Source of the DNA: Nanobdellota archaeon
GTDB lineage: Archaea > Nanobdellota > Nanobdellia > Woesearchaeales > JACQSR01
Assembly (NCBI GenBank): GCA_042577505.1
Contig: JBHPEA010000002.1
Location: forward strand, 1-54,565
DNA length: 54,565 bases
Direction of reading: 5' to 3'
Part shown: positions 20,568-30,376 of the stretch, piece after piece
Layout of the letters: every line of letters begins with the position of its first letter
How positions within the stretch are numbered: the first letter of the stretch is position 1
Notes under the pieces: model-generated
The model's input: the letters and a program-made list of their open reading frames with translations, nothing else
Told to the model about the DNA's origin: nothing
Database searches by the model: none
Position numbers and translations under genes: made by a program

Positions 20568-21188
20568 ATGGCTCTTGACATTAAACCAACAAGAAGTGAA
20601 CTCATTACTTTAAAGAAAAAGATTAAACTTGCTAAATCAGGTTATAATCTGCTCAAAAAGAAAAGGGATGGTTTAATTCTTGAATTCTTTGAGATACTTA
20701 AGAAAGTAAAAGAGTCAAGAAGTGAACTTACTGACATATACAAAGAAGCTCTTCACAAAATGTCAATTACTAGGGCAGTTGAAAACGACATGCATATCAA
20801 ATCAATTGCACTCGGTATTAAAGACATCCCTACAGTAGAGATAAGCGAAAAAAACGTTATGGGATTAAGAGTTCCAAAAATATCAGGAACCACAGTTTCA
20901 AAACATTTCATGGAAAGAGGATATGGGCTCTTATCGTCCTCTATTAAAATCGATGAAGCGTCTTTAGCATATGAGAAAGTTGTAAGTAATGTCATTATTG
21001 CAGCAGAAGTCGAAACGACTCTAAAGAAACTTCTAAACGAAATTGAAAAAACGAAAAGAAAAGTAAATGCTCTTGAGCAGATTGTAATTCCAAGAATGGA
21101 AGAAGCTGCAGCATACATTAGAATGCGTCTTGAAGAAATTGAAAGAGAGAACTTCTCAAGATTAAAAGTAATTAAGAAGAGGATATAG
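20568..21188 (+). CDS. atpD: A-type ATP synthase subunit D
   Basis: IKPTRSELITLKKKIKLAKSGYNLLKKKRD is the typical central-stalk D N-terminus. Confidence 0.95.
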   Translation: MALDIKPTRSELITLKKKIKLAKSGYNLLKKKRDGLILEFFEILKKVKESRSELTDIYKEALHKMSITRAVENDMHIKSIALGIKDIPTVEISEKNVMGLRVPKISGTTVSKHFMERGYGLLSSSIKIDEASLAYEKVVSNVIIAAEVETTLKKLLNEIEKTKRKVNALEQIVIPRMEEAAAYIRMRLEEIERENFSRLKVIKKRI

Positions 21189-21254
21189 TTTTTTAGAAAG
21201 ATATATATAATACATTTTCTGAGTTCTTATTAATCACAATTAGAGGTGCCATAA

Positions 21255-23468
21255 ATGAAAAAATCATCACAATACACATTTCTTTTAGGAGTAATTTGCT
21301 TAATTGGTTTTACTGGTTGTTGTAATAATAATGGGATTTGTGATGAAGGAGAAACTCCCGATAATTGCATTGCAGATTTTGACAAAGATAGTGATGGTTT
21401 TTATGATGAATTTAACAATTGCGGAGGAGACGATTGTGATGATGGTAATCCAGATGTTAATCCAGGTAAAATTGAAAGCGATTTTATAGGAAATTGCGAT
21501 AATGGTTTAGATGATGATTGTGATGGTTTTACAGATAAAAATGATCCTGATTGTGTTGGAGAATGTACTGATGAGGGTAATTTTTTTGATGGAATAGACA
21601 ATGATTGTGATGGTTTAGTTGATGAAGGAGTGGACATTAATATTGATTATTTTGGAAGTAGAGCCCATAATAAATTTGGTGAAATATATTACCAAATACC
21701 TCTTTTCACACAAGAAGATGCTGATTGTTTTTTAATAAAAGAAAATTCTATTGGTTATGACTATAATAATTGTCCAAACTTAACTCTTTTGGACACAATG
21801 ACATATGTTCGCTTTAAAGAAGTTGACCCAGTATTAACCCATTTGTATATTCTTGAAGAAGGGGTTCCAGTTGAAAATTGTGATGAATGTGTCCACATAT
21901 ATTCTGGAGAGGATTTCTCAATTTTTAGGATCCCTCATTTTTCTGAATATTTGGTTGCTGGTCCACCCCCTACAGCTCCTGGTGGGCCCAGTGTTTGTGA
22001 TTATAGCGCCCCAGGTTGTAAGGTAGGTGATGGACAAGTTTTTACTCCTTGGAGATATGATTCAGTAAATGACTGTTCGTTTAGATTATGTGGATTTTGT
22101 GAAGACATTGTTAATTGCGGAGATTATGATCCTAAAACTTGCGAGTGTCAAAACTGTCCTGATTGTTACCAGGGATCAAGAAGAACCAGTAATCCTTATG
22201 ATTGTGGATGTCAAGACTGTCAAGATAAGTCAGAATCATATCCTTGGTATCAATGTGATACATACATAACAGACTCATGTACTTGTGAAACCTGTGATGA
22301 TAGCCTATGTGAGTTTCCAAAAGTTATGGGGGAACCTAGTTTTTGTAAGTGTTCATGTGGGATCCCTGAATGTAATGAAGATTTGTGCCAAATTCCTAAT
22401 CCCGAGAATAAGAAACCAGGTTCTCAAACATGTGATTGCATAGATAAGTGCGAAAAAAGAGGGAAAATCTGTGCTGGATCTTCTTGTCCAGGACAATGTT
22501 GTGATCACGGTAAAACTTGTACTCATCCAGGGATAGGGTGTGTAGGTCCAGAAGATTTGTATTATATTTGTTGTGATAAAGAAATTAATTCTTGTACTCC
22601 TGGAGCATATAATCCCGATGATGGACTTCCACCTTGTTTCGATGGTACCGCATCTGGTCCATTTGGAACATATGAAGAAGCTCAGATGGAATGTGATGAG
22701 TGCATTACTATTTGCCCAACCGAAGAGTATTCAAAAGTATGCCCTCCAGGAACAACTGATCCCGACGATTTAAAGGCTTGTTGTAGTCCTGACGCTGCTT
22801 GTAGAGATGGTAGTGATGGGAATGGTTGGTGCACAAATGAATGTGGAGATTGTGATGCTGGTGAGATCTGTTGTGATGACAATGAATGTTGTTCTCCAGA
22901 AAATTGCATAAATGGAGAATGTACTGAATGTAAAACTTGTGCAGATTATGCCTGGCAATGTGGGCAGTTTAATGATAATTGTGGAGGCACTGTAACCTGT
23001 ACATGTCCTCAACCATTCTATTGCGAAGATGGTGAATGTACTTCAGATCCTGATTGTAAAAGTTGTTTAGATTTTTCGGCAGAATGTGGTACTTTTTATG
23101 ACGACCAATGTATGAAGGTCATTCGTTGTGACTGTGCTGAGGATTACTATTGTCAGCTTGGTGATGGGATTGTTCCAAATAGATGTAAGGAGATTGATGA
23201 ACCTTGCTATGATCCTTCTAAATGGTGTGAGGTAAGTCAACAATGTTGTGCGCCTCACCAAGAAAGAGTGGGGGGAGAACAAGGAGACCCTTATTGTGGT
23301 TGTAGAGATACTTCTTGCGGAAGTGGAAATTGGATAGCAGACCCCGAGGACGGTTGTTATATGATGTCAGATACTGATGGTAAGGGAGTACCTTGTTGCT
23401 GTAGAGGTATTGGTGATATAGTCCCTGGAGTTTGTAGGGGAGGAAGGTGTGATTTTATTAATTGCTAA
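21255..23468 (+). CDS. Secreted, lipoprotein-like, extremely Cys-rich surface protein with N-terminal MopE-like putative metal-binding repeats
   Basis: Signal peptide ending in the lipobox-like FTGC. Repeated D.D.DG....CGG.DCDD.NP.V.PG and DNDCDG..DE motifs. About 98 Cys of 737 aa by hand count. Two tandem CK[TS]C.D[YF]...CG.F.D.C...[VI].C.C....YC modules near the C-terminus. Confidence 0.8.
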   Translation: MKKSSQYTFLLGVICLIGFTGCCNNNGICDEGETPDNCIADFDKDSDGFYDEFNNCGGDDCDDGNPDVNPGKIESDFIGNCDNGLDDDCDGFTDKNDPDCVGECTDEGNFFDGIDNDCDGLVDEGVDINIDYFGSRAHNKFGEIYYQIPLFTQEDADCFLIKENSIGYDYNNCPNLTLLDTMTYVRFKEVDPVLTHLYILEEGVPVENCDECVHIYSGEDFSIFRIPHFSEYLVAGPPPTAPGGPSVCDYSAPGCKVGDGQVFTPWRYDSVNDCSFRLCGFCEDIVNCGDYDPKTCECQNCPDCYQGSRRTSNPYDCGCQDCQDKSESYPWYQCDTYITDSCTCETCDDSLCEFPKVMGEPSFCKCSCGIPECNEDLCQIPNPENKKPGSQTCDCIDKCEKRGKICAGSSCPGQCCDHGKTCTHPGIGCVGPEDLYYICCDKEINSCTPGAYNPDDGLPPCFDGTASGPFGTYEEAQMECDECITICPTEEYSKVCPPGTTDPDDLKACCSPDAACRDGSDGNGWCTNECGDCDAGEICCDDNECCSPENCINGECTECKTCADYAWQCGQFNDNCGGTVTCTCPQPFYCEDGECTSDPDCKSCLDFSAECGTFYDDQCMKVIRCDCAEDYYCQLGDGIVPNRCKEIDEPCYDPSKWCEVSQQCCAPHQERVGGEQGDPYCGCRDTSCGSGNWIADPEDGCYMMSDTDGKGVPCCCRGIGDIVPGVCRGGRCDFINC

Positions 23469-23482
23469 TGAGGGCAAACAGC

Positions 23483-23495
23483 TTTTTCTTTTTTT
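23483..23495 (+). terminator. Oligo-T tract (TTTTTCTTTTTTT), archaeal-type terminator after the Cys-rich gene
   Basis: A T-run 15 nt after the stop codon in a convergent intergenic region. Confidence 0.4.
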
Positions 23496-23541
23496 AATTA
23501 GATCATCATCAATTCCAATCAGAATAAATCAAGAAAAGAAT

Positions 23542-24291
23542 TTAGAAAAAGATTAGTTTTAATGCTGATAGTATTACAAAAAATGTAAAAAATACTCTTA
23601 CAAATTTATCACCTTTTATTAAAGCTGTTTTTGACCCAACATAACCTCCAAATATACTACCTAAAGCTAACGCAATTCCATATTCATAATTGATTAAACC
23701 ATTAACTGCAAATACATAAATCGCAACCGCAAATGTACCTAAAGCAGGTAATCTAGTCCAAGCATTGGCTTGAATATATGTTGTTCCAAACAATAAAATC
23801 ATAGCATAAATTCCTAATAGTCCCCCTGCAACGCCAAATAAACCTCCATAAATAGACAATCCAAAGAATACAATCATACCGATTACAATATAAAATTTCG
23901 GTACGGTCTTTTTATTAATACCAAGATCTCTAACAAAAAGTAAAGGCAATATACCAACAATAATGATAGCAATAATATTTGTAAGAATTTTCTCATTCAT
24001 TTCAACTAGCATATTTGCCCCAATGTAACCACCAACTAGACTTATTAATAAAAAAGGAATAGAATACCAATAGTTTATTTTATGTGCTTTGATAAAATTA
24101 TATATTGATCCGGGAACTGATCCTATAGCCCCCATTTTATTTGTCGCAATTGCTACTGTCGGTGGTAACCCTAAAAAGATTAATATCGGAACAGCTATAA
24201 TTCCTCCTCCTCCGCCTACAAGTGTACCAAAGACACTTGAAACGAATCCCAACACGAAAACTAATATCAACAAATAATCCATCAAATTCAC
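23542..24291 (-). CDS. TauE/SafE (TSUP) family anion exporter-like membrane protein
   Basis: About 250 aa with 7-8 TM helices and Gly-rich repeats (GGGGGII.VP.L...G) typical of TSUP permeases. Confidence 0.75.
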   Translation of the reverse strand: MNLMDYLLILVFVLGFVSSVFGTLVGGGGGIIAVPILIFLGLPPTVAIATNKMGAIGSVPGSIYNFIKAHKINYWYSIPFLLISLVGGYIGANMLVEMNEKILTNIIAIIIVGILPLLFVRDLGINKKTVPKFYIVIGMIVFFGLSIYGGLFGVAGGLLGIYAMILLFGTTYIQANAWTRLPALGTFAVAIYVFAVNGLINYEYGIALALGSIFGGYVGSKTALIKGDKFVRVFFTFFVILSALKLIFF

Positions 24292-24346
24292 CTAATTCCT
24301 TTTAATCAAATACATTTATATAAGTTTATCTAATCATCCCACTATC

Positions 24347-24769
24347 ATGGAACAAAAACATAGCAATTATTTTGAAGGAATACTCCAATTGAGGAATCCC
24401 AATAAAGAAGTTATTAATTATATTAACAATAAAGCTAATGATCAAATATCCAAAATCAAAGATGTTAAAGGAGGGATTGACTTCTATTTCATTTCTCAAA
24501 AAGTGCTTAAGGCTTTCGGACCAAAATTACAAAGAAGGTTTGGTGGAGAAGTTATAACTAGCGCAAAAATCCATACTAGAGATAGAATGTCTGGGAAAGA
24601 GTTATACAGAGTTAACCTCCTTTTTAGAATTCCTTTTTTTAAGGTAGGTGATATTATTGAAATCAAGGGAAATCTATACAAGGTATCACAAATCGGAAAA
24701 AATGTTTCAGCTAAAGACCTTGACACGGGAAAGAAATCGACTTTCAGATATAGGGACCTTCCAAAATAA
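24347..24769 (+). CDS. NMD3-family-like small protein (COG1499-like, no zinc fingers)
   Basis: The FEGILQLRNP segment and overall pattern resemble archaeal NMD3-related proteins. This is a weak, memory-based call. Confidence 0.4.
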   Translation: MEQKHSNYFEGILQLRNPNKEVINYINNKANDQISKIKDVKGGIDFYFISQKVLKAFGPKLQRRFGGEVITSAKIHTRDRMSGKELYRVNLLFRIPFFKVGDIIEIKGNLYKVSQIGKNVSAKDLDTGKKSTFRYRDLPK

Positions 24770-25207
24770 TCATTTCGTTTTATTTGCAACTTTATTGTTC
24801 CACTCTTTCCTTTGGTCTTCTGAGAATACACTATCTAACTCAGGATAGAGTAACCTCTCTTCCATATTCCTGTGTCTCCTCATTAATAAAAACAGTTCAG
24901 TTAGATTAAGATTCACGTTCCCCCCAACTTCCCTTTCAAATCTATTTAATTCATTAAGAATATCGACATGTTGTTGTTGTATTGTATGAATAGCAGGTAT
25001 CCAAGATTGGGATATTTCCTTATATCGATTATAGATCTCATTTTCATCGGCGAAATGTCCTTCTACTGCTTCCCTCAATAACTTAAGCTTGTTTAGACCA
25101 TTAGTCTCTTTAATATCTGCGACAATGGAATCTATGATATTGTGATCACTTAAAAATATCGAGCTAAAATTCCAGCTGTGTTGTTCTTCATCACTCAAAT
25201 ATCTCAC
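24770..25207 (-). CDS. Hemerythrin-like (HHE cation-binding) domain protein
   Basis: H...E spacing (HFADENEIY; HRNMEERLLYPELD) typical of hemerythrin-like domains. Confidence 0.55.
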   Translation of the reverse strand: MRYLSDEEQHSWNFSSIFLSDHNIIDSIVADIKETNGLNKLKLLREAVEGHFADENEIYNRYKEISQSWIPAIHTIQQQHVDILNELNRFEREVGGNVNLNLTELFLLMRRHRNMEERLLYPELDSVFSEDQRKEWNNKVANKTK

Positions 25208-25347
25208 CTCTATTCAAAATAATAATGATATATTAGTATATAAAATCTCCGTTTTTATATTAAAAATCCAATTTTTTACTCAATTAAGACAATTAAACAC
25301 TAACATTTAAATTCACATTAAAAATGATTACCAATTAGTGGTCATTA

Positions 25348-26838
25348 ATGAAATATCAAAGAATTTCCTGGCAAATAGCAATTTCATACCTTAATCTAGC
25401 CCTTACATTATTATTAGGACCCCTATTAATTGCCTCGTTGACAAGGGGATTATCAATATCAGAATATGGTGTATATGCAATATTCTCAGCCACTATAGCC
25501 ACATTAGTCGTAATATTAGACTTTGGTTTATCACAATATATAGTTACAAAACTTTCTGGAATAAATAGTAAAAAAAGGTTAAATACATTTTACTCCCTTC
25601 TTACATTTCTTTTCTTTTCCATTCTCTTACTTTTCTTGTTAATCACTTTAACACCAATAGACAGTCTTTTTTTAAAAATCCTGAACCTTTCTCAATACCA
25701 CTCAGAATTCACTTTAATATTACTAATGATCGTAATAGGTGTACAAATTAGGGTGATCAATTCTTACCTCAATTCAAAAAAACAGATCGAATATCAGAAT
25801 TTCATAACATTCATTGATAGATCACTTTGGATGATTATAGTCATAATTTATTTCTTTATTGTAGGTCAGCTCACATTATACAATGTAATTTTAATTTGGC
25901 TTATTGGTAAACTTGTAGCACTTTCAATATTCCTCATCGGAGCATGGAAAGAAATCTTTACATTTATTTCTAAAAGAAAGTTTTCAAATATTTATGAGGG
26001 ACTCAAATTCGGTGTTCCTTTAATTCCCAGCCTTGTTGGAATTTGGATAATCTTAATCGGTGACCGTTATATTCTTACTTTTCTTGAAGGAACTCAAAGT
26101 GTAGGTTTCTATGCATTTGCATTCTCAATAGCAAGCATAATCTTAACTTTGGGAGTTGTGATTTCAGAAGTATTATTCCCTTACATTTCAGAAAGATTTC
26201 ATAAAAAAGGAAATTTCATGATACTTTTTAATGCCTCGATAAAATACTCTATGATGATTATCCTACCAGCTGCGGCAGGGATATTTGCAATGAAAGAAGA
26301 GATTATCACTATGGTTTCTGGACCTGCCTACCTAAATTCTGCCCCTTTAATAATTTGGTTAATACCGTATGTTTTGTTAGCATTTTTCACCCACATTTTT
26401 TATCAGAATATGCTATTGAGGTCAAGAACAATTCTACTAGGGACTATTTTTGCGATGGGGGCATTAATTAACATCCCACTAAATTTATTCCTCATACCTA
26501 AATTCTCATTAGTTGGTGCAGCATTAGCTACAGTTTTAACTTATTCATTTATGTTCTTAATTCTGTACCTCTACTCCAGAAAACAATTATTTTTAGACTA
26601 CTCTTTCATAAAAATTGAAAGAATCCTTATCTCAACCATCATTATGGCTTTTTTAGTCTATATCCTTAACCCGACAACAATTATAACAAAATTATTAGTC
26701 ATCTCATTGGGAGCCATCATATATGGAAGTTTAGTTTTACTTTTCAAAATTTTCTCCAAGAAAGAAATTGTTCTCATTAAATCGCTTCCAAAAAAAGTAT
26801 TCACAAGGATATATGATTATTACAATGCTGCAAAATAA
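25348..26838 (+). CDS. MOP-superfamily polysaccharide/oligosaccharide flippase (Wzx-like)
   Basis: A 496-aa polytopic membrane protein with about 12-14 TM helices, at the edge of the glycan locus. Confidence 0.7.
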   Translation: MKYQRISWQIAISYLNLALTLLLGPLLIASLTRGLSISEYGVYAIFSATIATLVVILDFGLSQYIVTKLSGINSKKRLNTFYSLLTFLFFSILLLFLLITLTPIDSLFLKILNLSQYHSEFTLILLMIVIGVQIRVINSYLNSKKQIEYQNFITFIDRSLWMIIVIIYFFIVGQLTLYNVILIWLIGKLVALSIFLIGAWKEIFTFISKRKFSNIYEGLKFGVPLIPSLVGIWIILIGDRYILTFLEGTQSVGFYAFAFSIASIILTLGVVISEVLFPYISERFHKKGNFMILFNASIKYSMMIILPAAAGIFAMKEEIITMVSGPAYLNSAPLIIWLIPYVLLAFFTHIFYQNMLLRSRTILLGTIFAMGALINIPLNLFLIPKFSLVGAALATVLTYSFMFLILYLYSRKQLFLDYSFIKIERILISTIIMAFLVYILNPTTIITKLLVISLGAIIYGSLVLLFKIFSKKEIVLIKSLPKKVFTRIYDYYNAAK

Positions 26839-26840
26839 AC

Positions 26841-28064
26841 TCACAGTAAATCCTTATTCTCCATTAAAAAATCTACACCGATTCTTGAGGGAAATCCATA
26901 ACAATTATCTTCTCTGTTAAAAATAGACTTAAATTTATATTGCATTTCATCCTCTTTTTTAGAATATCCTCTTCCACTTAGTATTTTATACATTTCAATT
27001 ACCAATTTAAGAATATCTTCCTCTGAGTTATTCACAATCTTGAGCCCCTTTTTGAAATACTCTTTATTCTGATAAAATTTTAAATTCAAATCCTTTGCCT
27101 GAGAGAAACTTAAAAATTTCTCATCATTAATAGACCAAATTTTCTTTGGTATAAATAAATCTCTTTGACTCCAAGGTGGATGAAAAATTGGAATTACATT
27201 TACCCAAGCAACCGGTGTGTTAAAAACCTGTGCAACATGAGTTAATCCACAATTACTACCTAAGAAAAATTTACATTTAGCAGCCAGATATATATCCCCA
27301 AATTCAGTTCTAAAATCTGATGCATAATCAATAATCTTTTTATTTTTTACATCAAGCCCCTTTTTAACATGAGATCCCATTCGAATAACATAACCACCTT
27401 TCTTTGTTATATATTCAGCAGCTTTTAGTGCAGTCTTAACACTCCAATTACGATAATCATGATAACTTAGATCATCATCGAATGTTTTCTTTGTAAAAAT
27501 TTCATCCCTAGCATGAAGACAAACAAACCAATCACCTTCACCAATACCCATCTTCCTTAACAATTCTTGTCCTTGTCTCTCTTCCTCATTTGTAAATTCA
27601 AGAGTTGGTGTCCCTCTTACAAACTCATCATAATAATTTGACACTGTGGGAAACTCATAAAAGATCTTAAAATACCCTAAAAGAGATTTTTGACTTGAGA
27701 GTGCCCTGAAAAAAGGATTAGCATGTAACCACTTATGAACCTGAATAATCTTCATCTTCCTTTTATACATCTTCATAATTTGATCATTACTTGGATTATC
27801 ACTAGCAACCCCTACATACTGTATCCCTCCACTTTTTACCTTCTTTAGCTGAATTTTTCTTAAAAAAGAATCAGTTCTTTCACAAAACTCGCCTATTCTT
27901 TCATCTACTAACCTAATGAACCTTACATTATAGAACACACTTACTAATAAAAATACAAAGAACACAGGAACCAAAAAAACATTAAGAATAGTAAATATGA
28001 TTATCTGAACTATTCTAGAATTATTATAGGTCCTAATTAGATTACTAACCATTTTCTGCTTCAC
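26841..28064 (-). CDS. Putative glycosyltransferase (TIGR04372-like), N-terminally membrane anchored
   Basis: One N-terminal TM helix, and a C-terminal region (CLHARD...YHDYRN....A..Y....GG.V.RMG) resembling the TIGR04372 putative GT family as I recall it. Confidence 0.4.
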   Translation of the reverse strand: MKQKMVSNLIRTYNNSRIVQIIIFTILNVFLVPVFFVFLLVSVFYNVRFIRLVDERIGEFCERTDSFLRKIQLKKVKSGGIQYVGVASDNPSNDQIMKMYKRKMKIIQVHKWLHANPFFRALSSQKSLLGYFKIFYEFPTVSNYYDEFVRGTPTLEFTNEEERQGQELLRKMGIGEGDWFVCLHARDEIFTKKTFDDDLSYHDYRNWSVKTALKAAEYITKKGGYVIRMGSHVKKGLDVKNKKIIDYASDFRTEFGDIYLAAKCKFFLGSNCGLTHVAQVFNTPVAWVNVIPIFHPPWSQRDLFIPKKIWSINDEKFLSFSQAKDLNLKFYQNKEYFKKGLKIVNNSEEDILKLVIEMYKILSGRGYSKKEDEMQYKFKSIFNREDNCYGFPSRIGVDFLMENKDLL

Positions 28065-28071
28065 ATCATCA

Positions 28072-28551
28072 CTATATTGATTTGTCTTTTTTCAAGCTAA
28101 TAAAAGTGGGAGAATTTGATTCATAAGATTTCATAATAACTTTTCTTGTTTCATTTGAATCTTTAGGGTAATACGAAACGATGTTCTTAAAAAGTTTCAT
28201 TAGATTTTCACCATCAATTTCTGAATGCGTCGGTCCGTGTGTTGGATAGTCAGCATAACCAATTAGCTTCACATTAACATTCTGTTGATCAATATCCAAC
28301 TTAACTTGTTCAAAAGGTCTTTCAATTAAAAAAGGAGTGATGGTATAAACATATGGCTTCATTCCTTCTAATGCCATTCCAGAAGCTGCACTGATAAGAC
28401 TTTGTTCACAAATTCCAAAATTAAAGAACCTATCAGGAAAATCCTCAATAAACTTATCAAAAGTACCATAGCCAAAATCACCTACTAATAAAACAACTTT
28501 TCTATCCTTTTTTGCCAGTTCGTAGATTACTTTTCCAAATTCTTTTCTCAT
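28072..28551 (-). CDS. Transketolase-like ThDP enzyme, C-terminal (Pyr-domain) subunit, truncated form (159 aa)
   Basis: FFNFGICEQSLISAASGMALEGMKPYVYT is the transketolase pyrimidine-binding domain. The usual C-terminal TKC domain is absent. Confidence 0.8.
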   Translation of the reverse strand: MRKEFGKVIYELAKKDRKVVLLVGDFGYGTFDKFIEDFPDRFFNFGICEQSLISAASGMALEGMKPYVYTITPFLIERPFEQVKLDIDQQNVNVKLIGYADYPTHGPTHSEIDGENLMKLFKNIVSYYPKDSNETRKVIMKSYESNSPTFISLKKDKSI

Positions 28552-29306
28552 TCTAACTCCTTATATGCTTTCTCTAACTCTTCTCCTTCTGGAAGTTTTG
28601 CATGCCATTTTGGAACATTCTCCATGAAACTTACTCCCTTACCTTTTATTGTATTAGCTACAACAATTCTAATTTTTCCTGGGACTATACTATCTGAACT
28701 TAATGATCTTAAAACTTCATTAAAATCATGACCATCTATCTCAATGACATTTCCACCAAAGGCTTCAAACTTTTTTGCTAGATTAACATCATTCATAACA
28801 TCATCGACTGTTGTTAATGCCTGATATTTATTATGATCAACAATAATAGTTAAATTATCAAGTTTGTACTTTCTTGCCAAATTTGCAGATTCCCATATAG
28901 AACCCTCTTGACATTCCCCATCTCCCATCATAACATAAATATGACCAGGTTTGTCTAATAACTTTCTTGCAAATGCCATCCCTAGTCCAATTGGAAAACC
29001 ATGGCCCAAACTGCCTGTAGTACATTCTACTCCTTCATTTATTTGAATATCTGGATGACCTGAAATCCTTGGATTCATACCTTTATTTTTCAATACAGAA
29101 AAAAGAACCAAACATGCGTGACCTTTGCTCAAGATAAACTTATCATCTTCTCCTAAAATTTGATCATAAAGTGCAACAACCATTTCAACACAAGAGTACG
29201 CTGGAGCAATATGTCCATCTTTATGCTCTACACCCAAATCTAGAATACTTTTCCTAAGGTCTTTTGCCTTCTGCGTTAAAACATTTAATTCTTCCATTTT
29301 AAACAA
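28548..29306 (-). CDS. Transketolase-like ThDP enzyme, N-terminal (PP-domain) subunit
   Basis: GHIAPAYS, SKGHA, GSLGHGFPIGLGMA and the GDGECQEGSIWE ThDP/Mg motif. Confidence 0.85.
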   Translation of the reverse strand: MFKMEELNVLTQKAKDLRKSILDLGVEHKDGHIAPAYSCVEMVVALYDQILGEDDKFILSKGHACLVLFSVLKNKGMNPRISGHPDIQINEGVECTTGSLGHGFPIGLGMAFARKLLDKPGHIYVMMGDGECQEGSIWESANLARKYKLDNLTIIVDHNKYQALTTVDDVMNDVNLAKKFEAFGGNVIEIDGHDFNEVLRSLSSDSIVPGKIRIVVANTIKGKGVSFMENVPKWHAKLPEGEELEKAYKELE

Positions 29307-30366
29307 ATTCCAAATGATCCATATCTACACCAAGATAGTCATGAATAATCTTATTTTTACTATCTGCAACACAATGATGGTTACAAACAACAGAAGGATT
29401 GATTTTATAAAACTGGTTTTTATCGGAGAACCAAAATTCCTTGAATCTTTGATCTTTTATTGATCCCACTAAACCATCATCAAGGTTGTAAGCTTTATCT
29501 TGACAAGGATATATATTCTGATCAGCTCCAATGACTGGCAAAACTTGAAGATAAGGGCACCAAGTATATTTTTTCTCAAAAGATTCAAGTTGTGTATGGT
29601 ATGAATCAAAGATTTCAAAATTCGGATCATTTATCTCTTCTTTTGCCTTAGCAATTTGCTCCTTCACAACTTTAAAAATTGGATTATGGTACTCATTATT
29701 TTCCTTTCCATTGTTACTAATGATCAAAGGGGCAATTTTTACACTATCTGCTCCTGAATCCTTCACTTTCATAATTAACTCATGTACATGAGATGCGTTA
29801 TCCCTCCCAACATTCATGCAAATACTTAGATAACATTTCCCACCATACTTTTTGAATTCCTTTATATTCTCCATAACCTTCGTGAACTCTCCGACTTTTA
29901 CATTACGAAACTTAGCATAACTCTCATCATCCCATCCATCAATTGAAACTCTAACCCATGTTCCATGCTTTGCGAACAATTCTGCAATCTCTCCTTTCAA
30001 TAACGAACCGTTAGTTAAACTTGAGAATTTGATCCCACTTTCAGCTAACCTTTTTACAGTCTCCAAAATAAAAGGGTAACAAAGAGGTTCACCACCCCCA
30101 CTAAAAGTGACTGCCTTAACATCCATTTCAATTAAATCTTCGATAATCTCTTTCATCTTCTCCTTAGGAATAAAATCTCTCTCAACCATGTCCTTTCCCA
30201 ATTGAAGATTGTCTTCTCTATACGCACAATAGCTACACCTATGGTTACAGAAATTTGTTGGTTTGATTCTTATATGGATAGGAGGTAACACTTTCTTATC
30301 CTTTGTAAGAGAATCAATTTTATCCTTGTAATGAAACACCTTCATCTTTGAGTATAAATTTCCCAC
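29299..30366 (-). CDS. Radical SAM enzyme (sugar-modifying context) with a Cys-containing C-terminal extension
   Basis: CNHRCSYCAY (CxxxCxxC), FSGGGEP and additional C-terminal cysteines (WCPY...YPCQD...VCNHHC). Confidence 0.85.
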   Translation of the reverse strand: MGNLYSKMKVFHYKDKIDSLTKDKKVLPPIHIRIKPTNFCNHRCSYCAYREDNLQLGKDMVERDFIPKEKMKEIIEDLIEMDVKAVTFSGGGEPLCYPFILETVKRLAESGIKFSSLTNGSLLKGEIAELFAKHGTWVRVSIDGWDDESYAKFRNVKVGEFTKVMENIKEFKKYGGKCYLSICMNVGRDNASHVHELIMKVKDSGADSVKIAPLIISNNGKENNEYHNPIFKVVKEQIAKAKEEINDPNFEIFDSYHTQLESFEKKYTWCPYLQVLPVIGADQNIYPCQDKAYNLDDGLVGSIKDQRFKEFWFSDKNQFYKINPSVVCNHHCVADSKNKIIHDYLGVDMDHLEFV

Positions 30367-30376
30367 TTATATCACC

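Noticed and set aside
21255-23468. Cys-rich surface protein as a diversity-generating retroelement target.
   Set aside because: The window holds no reverse transcriptase, no template/variable repeat pair that I could spot, and no C-type-lectin-like C-terminus.
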